DNA of 63,471 nucleotides, counting the filler, from Bonamia ostreae (taxonomy: Eukaryota), in the NCBI GenBank assembly GCA_040357525.1. It is 30 parts of 30 records of this genome, joined end to end, with 100 filler letters (N's around TTAATTAATTAA, not from the genome) between each part and the next. Parts side by side here need not be neighbours in the genome. Positions count along the whole stretch, not along the records: positions 23,437 to 25,463 come from JBDODL010001115.1; positions 25,564 to 27,588 come from JBDODL010001116.1; positions 27,689 to 29,711 come from JBDODL010001117.1; positions 29,812 to 31,831 come from JBDODL010001118.1; positions 31,932 to 33,948 come from JBDODL010001119.1; positions 34,049 to 36,064 come from JBDODL010001120.1; 24 more parts are not named here. The stretch is one strand, 5' to 3'. The position numbers and the translations under genes were made by a program. Under the pieces are notes generated by a model. The model was not told the origin of the DNA. It saw only the letters and a program-made list of their open reading frames with translations, and did not search any database. This document shows positions 24,763-35,652 of this stretch, piece after piece (within the stretch, counting starts at the first letter, position 1; the number at the start of each line of letters is the position of its first letter).

Positions 24763-24891
24763 ATGGTCATTTTCGTTAATAACGATTTTTTATCTTCATA
24801 ATAATAAAGATTTGGCAGAAAAAATAATTTAATATTATTTCCCCATTTCATTTACACTTTTAAATATTTTATATAAAATAATTAAAAAAAA

Positions 24892-25285
24892 ATGGCGTCG
24901 AAAACGTAATTTTAAAATATTTTAGCGTTATTTTAAACGATGTAAGCGATGAGGCAACTTGGACTGCTTCGTCTGTCAAAGAAGGAAATGGCATTTCTTT
25001 GCTCAGAAACGAATCGATTAACAACTTTTGGCAGTTTTAGTAAATTTTCAAAAAAAGGACAGACGGGAAACAACCTCATTGGATTGTTTTGAGATTCAGT
25101 AGAAAAATAAAATTGGCGGCTATTTTTGTTTATTGTGACATAGAAAAAGACGAAAGTTACACTCCGAAAGATTTTATCATTTCGGTTGGTACTTCTTTGC
25201 GAGAAAAAGAGATAAATGTTGTGAAAATATTCGAAAACGAAGAACCGAAAGGCTTTGTTAAAATAAGTCTTGAAGACGAATTTTT
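24892..25285 (+). CDS. ANAPC10: Anaphase-promoting complex subunit 10 (Doc1), 3' truncated
   Basis: ATWTASSVKEGNGISLLRN...NFWQ|TDGKQPHWI...DESYTP...EEPKGFV. Confidence 0.9.
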
Positions 25286-25463
25286 GTTTTTTCGATTTTT
25301 TTTGTTAAAACATTTTTTTTCGATTTTTTAAACAATTTGTTTTTTTCGATTTTTTTTGTTAAAACATTTTTTTTCGATTTTTTTTGTTAAAACATTTTTT
25401 TTTCGATTTTTTTGTTAAAACATTTTTTTTCGATTTTTTTGTTAAAACATTTTTTTTTCGATT
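25286..25463. repeat. Intronic ~30-nt minisatellite
   Basis: TTTTTTTCGATTTTTTTTGTTAAAACA repeated from the GTTT donor to the contig end. Confidence 0.85.
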
Positions 25464-26073
25464 NNNNNNNNNNNNNNNNNNNNNNNNNNNNNNNNNNNNN
25501 NNNNNNNTTAATTAATTAANNNNNNNNNNNNNNNNNNNNNNNNNNNNNNNNNNNNNNNNNNNNAACAAGATAAATTTGTGGAAATTGATGCCCATGGAAT
25601 AAAAAATATTAGTAAATATTTTCCAAAGTAGATCAGATGTCAATTCCAAGATCAATGTATATGGTACCAATGGAGACGTCATCTCACAAAATGCACATGT
25701 TAGATATAACAGCAATATATTACGGTTTGAAACATATGGCTCATATCAAAATTTTCTAAAAGTAGGTGAACGGTCAATGTAAATGTATCCGGGTCAAATG
25801 GTTTTACAAATAGATTGGTTTTGAGATATATTGCTGTACTTTGTTTGATAATTTAACTCATCTAGCAGTTTTCAAAATAAGTTGTACATCCACTTCTAAC
25901 AAATCTGTTTTGATTATGTGAATGTGGAAGTTGCTGACAATTTATGCTTCGATTCAAATATAGTAGGATAGAAAGCGGAATATATCGATTGAAAATAAAT
26001 CGATTGAAAATCAATCTCCTTAATCCGTTACAGAAAAAAAGAAAAGTAGGATATATACTAATCCCTGGACACA

Positions 26074-26192
26074 GCAGAAGGATGTTTACCCTTCTGACTT
26101 GTCTGACACCACTTTTGGTATATACAGGGATCCGTGTCTGTCCTATTCTTAAATTTGTATTTTTATAGATGTTACGAGACTAATCACTGTTC
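26074..26192 (+). mobile_element. Fragment of an abundant oyster Penelope-like repeat 3' region (related bits at 38158-38179, 55161-55178, 56745-56808)
   Basis: Resembles the recalled consensus ...GGATGCTTACTCCTCC...CAGGGGTCCGTGTTTGCCC...GAGATTGATCACTGTTC. 56745-56808 encodes LLLQGFQQSRLKSTLRKFYG. Recognised from memory. Confidence 0.5.
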
Positions 26193-26684
26193 AACAGATT
26201 TGCTTTTTCGTGCTTGCCATCTTCAGTATATCAAATATGAATGATATAAAACTTATGTTCCTTGCGAATTTCATTGTAGATCAATGGGTCTCCTTGTTTA
26301 CTGGAAACGTTTGTCTCTATATGAAAAAAAACCCAGTTTTCTAAAAAAAAAATTCATTAGGGTGTTTTACTGACTTGCTATGAGTTTATCCTAATGTGTT
26401 GCATTCTATGATTTTTAAAACGTTATTTCAAAATTTTTGGCTAGTCCTTACATATGCACATTGCAATTGGTACATAACGAACATATTATGGTTCGAAGAA
26501 TAACTTACTTACTACATAACATATACATATAATGCATACATGATTCAAATTATTGCATAATACTCAAATAAATCAACAGATATATCGGTAGACATACACG
26601 TAGTTGCACTGGGAATCATTGAACAATGTATCGATTTTGATGTTGTTCTTACAACAAAATAGTGTTCTTTGAAAGGTAACTTAC

Positions 26685-26874
26685 TATGCTTTGATAGTTC
26701 TTTTTGAACGTCTTTAATTTCTTTAGAAAGGGTTTTACTATCTCCATCATCATCGACTTCATTGTCTGATCTGTTTGCCTCGAGAACATAAACTACGCAG
26801 TGTATTGTGTCTTTCAGTTCAGGATTCTCTCTAACGATTGCTTTATCTAGCTTCATATCTGTTGCTTTTAATAG
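26685..26874 (-). CDS. IFI44-like (interferon-induced protein 44-like) exon; host-type contig
   Basis: NPELKDTIHCVVYVLEA motif; TTCAG acceptor and GTAAGT donor. Confidence 0.7.
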
Positions 26875-27345
26875 CTGAAATACATCGATGCGTTAATTGC
26901 TATAGATAATGATAGTGAATTGATGTTCAAAACAATTGCAAATATTTTAAAAGATATCTATGTTGCACATATAATGTACCTGAGACACCTTGAGAAAGAA
27001 ATGGTGAATTTACAAAATCATACAAATGCTCAAGATCATTTGGTGCAAATTAAATGTTCCACAATTTATTAAAATTGCCTAACGCGGTGTGTACTGTTTA
27101 TGAAATAAACCTAGTTTGAAATGTCCTTTCACTCTGCTATAAATCTTACACTGAACACATTTTGAAAAAAATCCAAACAATTGCAATCCCTCACCATCAA
27201 GTTAATTTGCTAACATCGTACAATCGTATAAGCGGTAAAACAACCCCTTAACAGTCCAGCGACATGATGAGACCAAATGGGAACAGAAGGAAGCGGGATA
27301 TATTGATTGATTGATGCTTGCTCCTTTTTGGTTTAACGTCCCTTC

Positions 27346-27466
27346 CGAGAATATGTCACCATCGTCAGGGAAGGGCTGCAACATTTTAGCCTGGCCTCAA
27401 AACTTACGGCCTTTGAGCAGGGAACGATATATCTTTATCGTGTCACACCTGGTGTGACTTGGTGCC
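27346..27466. mobile_element. Oyster SINE-like repeat fragment (a tRNA-like head fragment also at ~34122-34190)
   Basis: GTCACCAT...GAAGGGCTGCAA...TTACGGCCTTTGAGCAGGGA...TCTTTATCGTGTCACACCTG, resembling a recalled bivalve SINE. Confidence 0.5.
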
Positions 27467-27930
27467 CGGAATTCCCTTCACACCCCCTCCCGGAGACGGT
27501 AGGTACATGTACTTCCCATAAAATATCACAGTGAACTATCAATATATGACGTCATTAAAGAAAGTGGCGTTAAGTCACTGCAAACTTGNNNNNNNNNNNN
27601 NNNNNNNNNNNNNNNNNNNNNNNNNNNNNNNNTTAATTAATTAANNNNNNNNNNNNNNNNNNNNNNNNNNNNNNNNNNNNNNNNNNNNTTTCCAAAAATT
27701 GTCTTTTTCAAGTTTAATAAATATCGAATTTAAATAGTGACAAAACTGACATAAATACCGTCTTTGAAAATTTATTGTTAAAAATGGAAAATTTGAAAAA
27801 GCAACAAATCGTGCTATTAAAACAATTGAAAATAGGAACATCGCTATTAAAACATTGCAAACAACTCATTTTAAACGATCTTTTTTAATACACGCAAAAC
27901 CTTAATTTGCATAATTTTCTAAATTGCAAA

Positions 27931-28308
27931 ATGCTAAAAAAACTGTGCAAAAAGCTTTTCACTCGAAAAACAAAACTGAACCCGGCATACTTGGACATAG
28001 TCTCGACGTGGAGAGACTACGGCGTCACAAGAGGCGACTTGAACCATTACCAAGATATCTCGACGAGCTGGAGCGCAGAGATGCTCAAACTGGAGAGACC
28101 GAACGAATTCCTAAGAATGAACCAGAGAATAGTCAGATACGATCGTCTTTACTACGAACGACTCAATTTGCGCGACAAGCAACATTTGGTCCAAACGAAA
28201 AATATCGAAAACGACGTAATGGCGCCTTACAAAATGCTCTATTACAAATTGGTCAACGAAAAGAACTCTCGCGGTATAAAAAAGTACTGTCCGGCGTACA
28301 TAAATTGA
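27931..28308 (+). CDS. Probable cytochrome bc1 subunit 7 (QCR7/UQCRB-like), divergent
   Basis: 125 aa; WRDYGVTRGDL ... QRIVR..RL ... APY...LVNE follows the QCR7 pattern. Confidence 0.5.
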   Translation: MLKKLCKKLFTRKTKLNPAYLDIVSTWRDYGVTRGDLNHYQDISTSWSAEMLKLERPNEFLRMNQRIVRYDRLYYERLNLRDKQHLVQTKNIENDVMAPYKMLYYKLVNEKNSRGIKKYCPAYIN

Positions 28309-28375
28309 CCATTACAGCTTTAATTAATTATTAAAGCTTTTACATAAATAAAGACTTTTGTAAAATGAGCTTGTG

Positions 28376-29657
28376 TTATGTTGGTTTTAGATGATCGTCG
28401 TCAATAGTGCCATATAGCAAACCTTCCATTACCATAAAATTCACGTTTTCTCTGTTTTTATGTTTGTAAAATTACTTTATAGAATTTTGCGTAAATTGGG
28501 GAAAAGCTTTAAAGGCCTCCGAAATGTGGGGACCCGATTCGCTTTGGTCTTTTTTGTAGAAATTGAGAATCTTTTTATTTTGATGAGGAAAATTATCAAC
28601 TTCTTTTTGTTCGAAAGTTAATTGCTCGTTTTCTTCGAACAGAGAGTTCGTCGAGACGTCGTTATTTGCAATATTTTGATTATTGCCGTTTTGGTTGGGC
28701 GTTGTGTTTGCGTCATTTGGAATATTTTTTTGATGCGTTGTGTTGTATTTGTGTACATAAACCGTTTCAAGAATGTGATAAGATAATATGTTGTAGTCTG
28801 TCACCGGTACCAGTTTCTGTGACGTGACTTTTTAATTTTATATAATGTTATTATTTTATCTTAAGCCATTTATCAAAATGTTAATATAATTTGATATAAA
28901 AATTTTGAAACTGATGTTTACACAAGCTTAAAAAGATGGTGCAAATACATTTAGCTTAAAAAATATGTTTTGGCAAGCTTGTTTGGAAAAAATAGTTCTA
29001 GATGAAAACATTCATTTTGCGAACATTTATATATTTCGAATATAAATTAATTGCAAAAATTAATCCGAAAAGCTTGTTGATGTTGTTAAAAAAATGGCTG
29101 TAGAATATTAATGTTAAACTTTTTCTGGTTCCGTTAAAAAATTGCACTCGGCCGAAGACGATGACGTACATTCCGACACTAAAATTTTGGGAGAAAACGA
29201 AATCCCGTCGTCCTTGGGAACTTGTTCTTCGCTCATTTCTTTCCAGATTTTGATGTTCATTCGACCGGTCCCATCTTCAACAAGATATTCGTTGTGGGTT
29301 GTTTGGACATTAATTTTTTCGATTTGGCCAACAATTTTAACCTTTAATTTTAAGCAGACAATTTTTAGTTGAAACGTTCGATATTTCTTTGTTGTCGATT
29401 TTGAATGTCGAATTTCCAGTTGGCTCCTGTGCGTCCAGAAGCTGTTTAATCGAAACGGGAATAACGGATTGTTGGAGAGCAGTGCGATTGATGGATTTGC
29501 TTTCCGGGCTAGTCAAAGGACTGTTTCCAAGAAAACTGTCAATTCTTGATTTTTCGGCGTTTTCACCGAAACCGCCAAATTGAGAAGGATTCTGAAAAAT
29601 TGAGAGTCAAAACCAGATCGTCAAACCCTTTATTGGATTACAAAAAAAACTCGACAT
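28376..29657 (-). CDS. RPA2: Replication protein A 32-kDa subunit
   Basis: VIPVSIKQLLDA...FKIDNKEISN|VKIVG...YLVEDGTGRMNIKIW, PVTDYNILSYHILETVYVH, and C-terminal EGLLYGTIDDDHLK. Confidence 0.93.
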
Positions 29658-29811
29658 TTTAGAAATCTACGACTTTTGTTGAAGATTTACAAAAATATAT
29701 AAAATATTCTGNNNNNNNNNNNNNNNNNNNNNNNNNNNNNNNNNNNNNNNNNNNNTTAATTAATTAANNNNNNNNNNNNNNNNNNNNNNNNNNNNNNNNN
29801 NNNNNNNNNNN

Positions 29812-30287
29812 AAAAATTGTTTTGGTCGAAAATTGATAAAATCGAAAAAAATGTTTTAAAACAAAGAAAAGCCAGAAAGAAAGAAGAAAGAAACAAAAAA
29901 CTTTTAAAAAGCAAAAAAGTTGGTATTTTGAGATTACCAGCGAGTCGATCGAAATCAAAAATAAAAGCAAAAAACAAAAATTTTGTGCTTATCGATAACA
30001 AAAATAAAGTTGTCAGGGCTGAATCGGACAAAGGACAATTTTACAAAAACAATTTTGATAAAAACCTTTCGACAAATGAAGCCACATCAACGCCGCCAAC
30101 GAAACCAAAACAACTCCAAAGTTTGAGCAAAACGCCGAGTTGGGCAAAATCAGCAGCTTTAAAAGATGTTCTCGAAAGACAAGAAAAAGAGAACGCGTCG
30201 CTTTTTCCGCCGTTGGATTCGCCCGTTATAAATCTCAAAGATATTTTCGATTCTTTTCCGGCGAACAAAAAAAATTTTGATAAATGA
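29812..30287 (+). CDS. INCENP-like protein C-terminus (IN-box)
   Basis: PSWAKSAALKDVLERQ...LFPP...NLKDIF. Confidence 0.75.
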
Positions 30288-30562
30288 TTTTTCGCTTTTG
30301 CCATTTTTTGCCTTTTTATGAAAAGCCAAATTTTAGAGATTTTTTGCAAATTTGTAAATTTTTCCATTTTCCAAAATTATTTATTTTTACGATTTTTACG
30401 AAAATTCTGTTTGGAACTCAAATTTAAAATCTGGATTTGCTCTGTTCAGCTGAACTCAAGTTTATTTTTAGTTAGACATCGTTATTTCCGAAAATAACGA
30501 ACAAATTAAATTTTATTTCATCGGCAGATTTTAATTAAAAATCTTTATACGGCATTTTTAAA

Positions 30563-31831
30563 ATGGAACCGAAGGCTTTTCTAGAGAACTACAGAAAACA
30601 ATTTGAAGATTGCAAAAACGAATTTTTGGACCATTTTAAGGGCGATTTGCGGCTCGAACAAAAATTTGTCGACCGAATCGAAAGAGTTTAAATTAAAAAA
30701 ATCAGTTGATCGATTATAACTGCCATGGAGGCAAAAACAACCGAGCGCGAAGTTTGGTGAGAATGGTAAAAAGCATCAGCGAAAACCAGAAAAAGCCTTT
30801 TAACGCAAAGTTGAAACAAAAAACTTACGTCTTGGCATGTTGCATCGAAATTGTTTTGCTTCCATTAATCAAGCTTTTCGGATATTTTGTCCATATATTT
30901 TTATTTTGTTTAATGGTCGAAATTTGAGTTGATTTGACTAATTTGTTTAACAACCAATTTTTGAATTTAAAGTTTTTGTAAACTTTTAATTGCGACAAAA
31001 TGAATTTTTATAAGTTGCAATCTTCGTTACTAGTAGCAGACGACATAGCTGACAATTCAAGTTTGCGTAGAGGAAAGCCGTGTTGGTACAAATGCGAAGA
31101 TATAAAAATGGACGCTGTCAACGATTCCTATATTCTGGAATCTTTGGTCTATTTCATATTGAAGAAACATTTTTCCGAAGAGCCAATTTATGTCAGACTT
31201 GTCGATTTGCACAGAGACGTTTTACTGAAAATATTTAGGTCATTTTGAAAACTCAAATTGGACAAATGATCGACTTAAGTTTCAAGGGATATCCCAAAAA
31301 TGTAAAGGAATTGTGTCAAAGATTTAGTTACAAAAAGTTTTTTCTCGTTCGATTCTTTAAATCGCAATTTTTTTAAATCGCAATTTTTTGAAATACAATT
31401 TAAAGTTTTGAGTCGATCATCACATTCAAAACGGCTTATTACACTTATTTTATACCAATCATGGACGCTCTGCTTTTGTGTGGAATGCATTCAAAAGAAC
31501 AAGAAAACGCAGCTTTGAAAATCGCGATTGAACTGGGGAAGAAATTCCAAATTCAAGACGATTTTATAGATTGCTATGGCGATCCATCCGAGTTGGGTAA
31601 AATAGGAAAAGACATCGAAGAAAACAAATGCACTTGGCTTGTCGTCAAAGCGCTGGAAAAAGCAACAGAAGCACAGAAAAAAATCATTTTGGTTTATCGC
31701 TCGCAAATAAAAAATCGATCATTTTTTGCTGATAATTTTTTATAGGAAAACTATGGTCGCGAATCAGAGAAAAGTCGCGATAGAATAAAACTAGTCTACG
31801 ATCAAATAAATCTCAGAACAGTCTATTTGGA
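30563..31831 (+). CDS. FDPS: FPPS-family trans-prenyltransferase, 3' truncated
   Basis: GGKNNR, FARM DDIADNSSLRRGKPCWY, GQMIDL, KTAYYT, SARM FQIQDDFID and GKDIEENKCTWL; 20-nt introns at 30686-30705 and 31219-31238. Confidence 0.95.
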
Positions 31832-31931
31832 NNNNNNNNNNNNNNNNNNNNNNNNNNNNNNNNNNNNNNNNNNNNTTAATTAATTAANNNNNNNNNNNNN
31901 NNNNNNNNNNNNNNNNNNNNNNNNNNNNNNN

Positions 31932-32499
31932 CGAAAATTGATATAAAAAATTGAAGACTTATTTATCCGATTTGACGAGCGGGGAAAACTTTGTCCGCTC
32001 TGTTGAAATTGTTTCGAGTATTCTGTCTATACTGTCTTTCGCTTCACTTAAAATTGTTATTGCTTCTTGAAACATTTTGTTTAGAGTTATTTCTTTTGAC
32101 TAAAATAAACGAGTAAACTTTGGACGAAATTTCCAATTTTTTAATTTTTTTTCGAGATTTTTTAGGCGAAATTTTAGACGAAAATTTTGCTTTTTTTGCT
32201 TTTTTGGGAAAAGTTTTTTCAGACGATTTTTTGATCAAAATTTTTTCAGACGATTTTAAAGCTGAATTGAGGACGTAAAGTCCTTCAGTTTCATCGTCTG
32301 TCCATTTATACCACTTTTTTCGATTTTCGATTTTTCTTTTAATCCAGCCATTAGAGTTGAAAGCGACTGCTTTTCTGTTTAGACAGCGTTTCGCCAAAAT
32401 GGCCGTGTTCGTAGCTGTCGTCTGGATTATGTCGTGTCCAGGAGAGTCTACGCAAGGAAAGAAGACCCAGCCGTCTGGAACTTTCTTTGGTTTGGTCAT
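31932..32499 (-). CDS. Protein with an N-terminal PAN/apple-like module (FFPxxDSPGxDI...C...AFNSNGWIK...GLYV); 3' truncated
   Basis: ORF translation; K/S-rich linker follows. Confidence 0.5.
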
Positions 32500-32723
32500 A
32501 TTAAATTTTAACAAAAATCAAAATTGATTATATTCAAATTTTGTAAAGAGGATAATTTGTTTTTATAATTTAGTGTTTTTAGGATAGAATGTTTTGTTGT
32601 GCTGTCGAAGTTTAATCACTCATTATCACGATGTTTATAGATATTTAGTTTTATTGAAATATCGATTAAGTTAATAACAAAATATTTTTACAATAATATT
32701 ATTTAGTCAAAAACAAAGCTCTT

Positions 32724-33793
32724 ATGACAAAACCAGATAAACGATTAGAAAAGAACTCGAGCAACGATGATATCCGAAGACGAGGAATCAAAAGGAAAGC
32801 TCAGTCGGATTTTGGACAAGAAGGATATTACCGAATATATCGTTATCAATTTTCAAGTAAAGTCGACGGTATCTTCGATTTGTTCCATTTCGGACACGCT
32901 CGATTGTTCAAACAAATTAAAACTCGCTTTCCGAATTCGACTGTTATCGCGGGAGTCTGCGCGGACGACCTGGTCAACAAGCGCAAAGGAAAAACAGTTC
33001 TCAATTCTGAAGAGCGCTACGAATCTCTTGAGCATTGCAAATGGGTTGACGAAGTTATTCAAAATGCTCCTTGGACTATTGATCAAAAAGTTTCTGTTTC
33101 TTCAAAATCGATCGATCAACAAATTTAAAATTGTAAAAAAAAAGTTTTTGGATTTGCATAAAATAGATTACGTCGCGCATGATCCGATTCCTTATACCAC
33201 CGGTAACGACAAAGACACATATTCATATGTCAAATCGATCGGAAGATTTATCGCGACGGACAGAACTGAAGGAATCTCAACATCGGATATAATAAACCGC
33301 GTCGTTTTCCAAACTTAACAAATTGGAAAAATTTTAACCGAATCGATAAAAAGGTGAAAGACTACGACAAATTTGTGCGTCGAAACCTGAAAAAGGGATA
33401 TTCGCGACAAGAAATGAACGTCGGGTTTTTGAAGGAAAAAAGAATAAAAGTCGCCGGGAAAATGGACGAAATGAGAAATAAAGTCGACCAGATCAAAAAT
33501 CGCGTGAAAGACAAAGGAGACGAGGTCTTTGACAGTTCGAAAAATCTTGTTGAAAAATGGTATGAAAATTCTCAGAAATACATTGATGGTCAGATTACTT
33601 TTGAAATTTTGTTACTTTCGAAAATTTTGACCAATTAATAAAAAAAAGAGTTTTTGCAAATGTTTGGGCGAGATGGACGAATTGTTTTTTATTAAATTTT
33701 CAGAACGCTTTTATGAAAAACAAAGTGAATTCGATTGAAAAGAAAATTAAAGATATTACAAAAATTCCGAAGAAAAAAACTAAAATTGAATAA
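32724..33793 (+). CDS. PCYT1: Choline-phosphate cytidylyltransferase
   Basis: [49 protein letters not shown] and [15 protein letters not shown]. Confidence 0.95.
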
Positions 33794-34381
33794 TTTTAAT
33801 ATAACTCAACTATTTTTTAACGATTATTTTAATTTTATCTAAAAATTCTCAAAACATGCAATAACAATAATAAAATTTTAAAATGTTAAGATGACATATC
33901 TTCGATAAAAAAACAAATGATGAAATTTTTGTTGACAAAAATAACGAGNNNNNNNNNNNNNNNNNNNNNNNNNNNNNNNNNNNNNNNNNNNNTTAATTAA
34001 TTAANNNNNNNNNNNNNNNNNNNNNNNNNNNNNNNNNNNNNNNNNNNNCGACAATTACTTTTAAATACCGACGGTTTTTCGATAGAACAGTCACTAGTTA
34101 TTCTTACGTACATGTATAAGATTTAACGCGACTAAGGTCCGAGTTGAACTCGAACTCACGATCTCATGATGCGAACGCTCTAAACACTGATCCATCAAAG
34201 CAAATACCAATCCCATGACATGATAAGAAAGAACTATATAAGTTGTATATTATATCAGAAAAGTCTGACTAGCTACACCTAGTTCTGATTAGAAATTAGT
34301 TGGGAGAATCCCGAGTTACGCAAATGTGCTTTATGTAAAAGACGAACCATGTCATTTTAAATACTCAATCATACCTTTCAG

Positions 34382-35652
34382 ATTACTGTGTAACGCTTCA
34401 AAGTAATGGTTATCTCAATCATGTATCCTGCAATTCTACATTCAAGGACGGCTGTCCAGATACCATTTACTTTGATGATGAAATATTCAAGTGTGAGTGC
34501 AACTATATATCACTGTCTTCATTGTAAACAAAATAAGCATATAAAGTAGGAATACTATTTTTTTTAAAAGTATGCTTAATGTACATTGTTTCTCATAATT
34601 GCTATTTTTTAAGTGGTATATTATAATCATAATCATATTTAGTCAGAACATTGAATATTTCAGTTTCCAATTGTTTGCTGATCGACGCAGTGAAAAGGTG
34701 TTTTCTTGCCGATAGACAGTGTAGATATGCACAAAGGTAAAATATATATCGTTATTCCCTCCTTGACTCCAAGATTGCGTGCATATAGTTTTTGGCCTGT
34801 GCGTCCGTCTGTCTCGCAAACAACGTTAGCCTTGTTTATATGTTTTACACAACAGGAGGTAGAGCTTTCACATGTGATGTGTGTATTTGTTTGGCAAAGC
34901 TTTCCATTTACACCAAACTCTTTGACCTTATGAACTCAGCATTGACATTTAACTGGTTCCACTTTGTTGTAATATGGGAGCACCAGTGATCCACAAACAC
35001 ATCTTGTTGAATTTGAAATATTTCTCAAACGACTTTAAATTCTAATAATCATATGTAAAGGGTCACAAGGGACACACTGAAAATAATAGTATACATTAAC
35101 AAATGTGCTGTTGAAATGTTCGACAATATTGATAATAGATCTGAAGTACAAATAAAGTCTCACGCTTAAATTCTAATTTTTTTTGCATATGAAAAATATA
35201 TTCAAAAATTGCTATAATGAAACAAGAAATATGGTTTCATAAATTTTGCTGTATATCACCTGTTATTGTTATCGTGATTTACTTAAACCAGGCAATCAAG
35301 TTAGCAACAGATTTAGGTTTTTGCTACTAAAGAAAGATCATGGAGTAGCTTTCCACGAAATAACCAATCTAATAGATTTTTTGATAGCGCAAATTTTAAA
35401 GAATTCAATTTTAAAGTCAAGAGAAGTGAACATCTGTTTTGCCATAAAACTGTATTTTATTTTTTCTTTTGTAAAGTACCACGTCATTTGAATTGCAAAA
35501 TAAGACCAGAGATGTTTGGAATCATACATCGCATCCTCGTGATGGAAATGGACAACGTGGTAGTTTTGAGTTGTTCCGACTGGTTGGTTTGCTTGCATGT
35601 ATTCCGGTTATAGTACTATTGGTACTAATAATTGTTTCCTATTGCTATGGAG
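34382..35652 (+). CDS. Cys-rich single-pass membrane protein of a bivalve-type family (exons 34382-34492, 34664-34736, ~35510-35652); host-type contig
   Basis: SCNSTFKDGCPDTIYFDDEIFK|FSNCLLID...CFLADRQC plus a TM exon; GTGAGT, GTAAAA and GTAAGC donors. Confidence 0.55.

Noticed and set aside
28830-29120. Long RPA2 intron with several AAGCTT sites as a possible snoRNA host
   Set aside because: No clear C/D or H/ACA boxes with a terminal stem. It also shows that AAGCTT occurs away from start codons.
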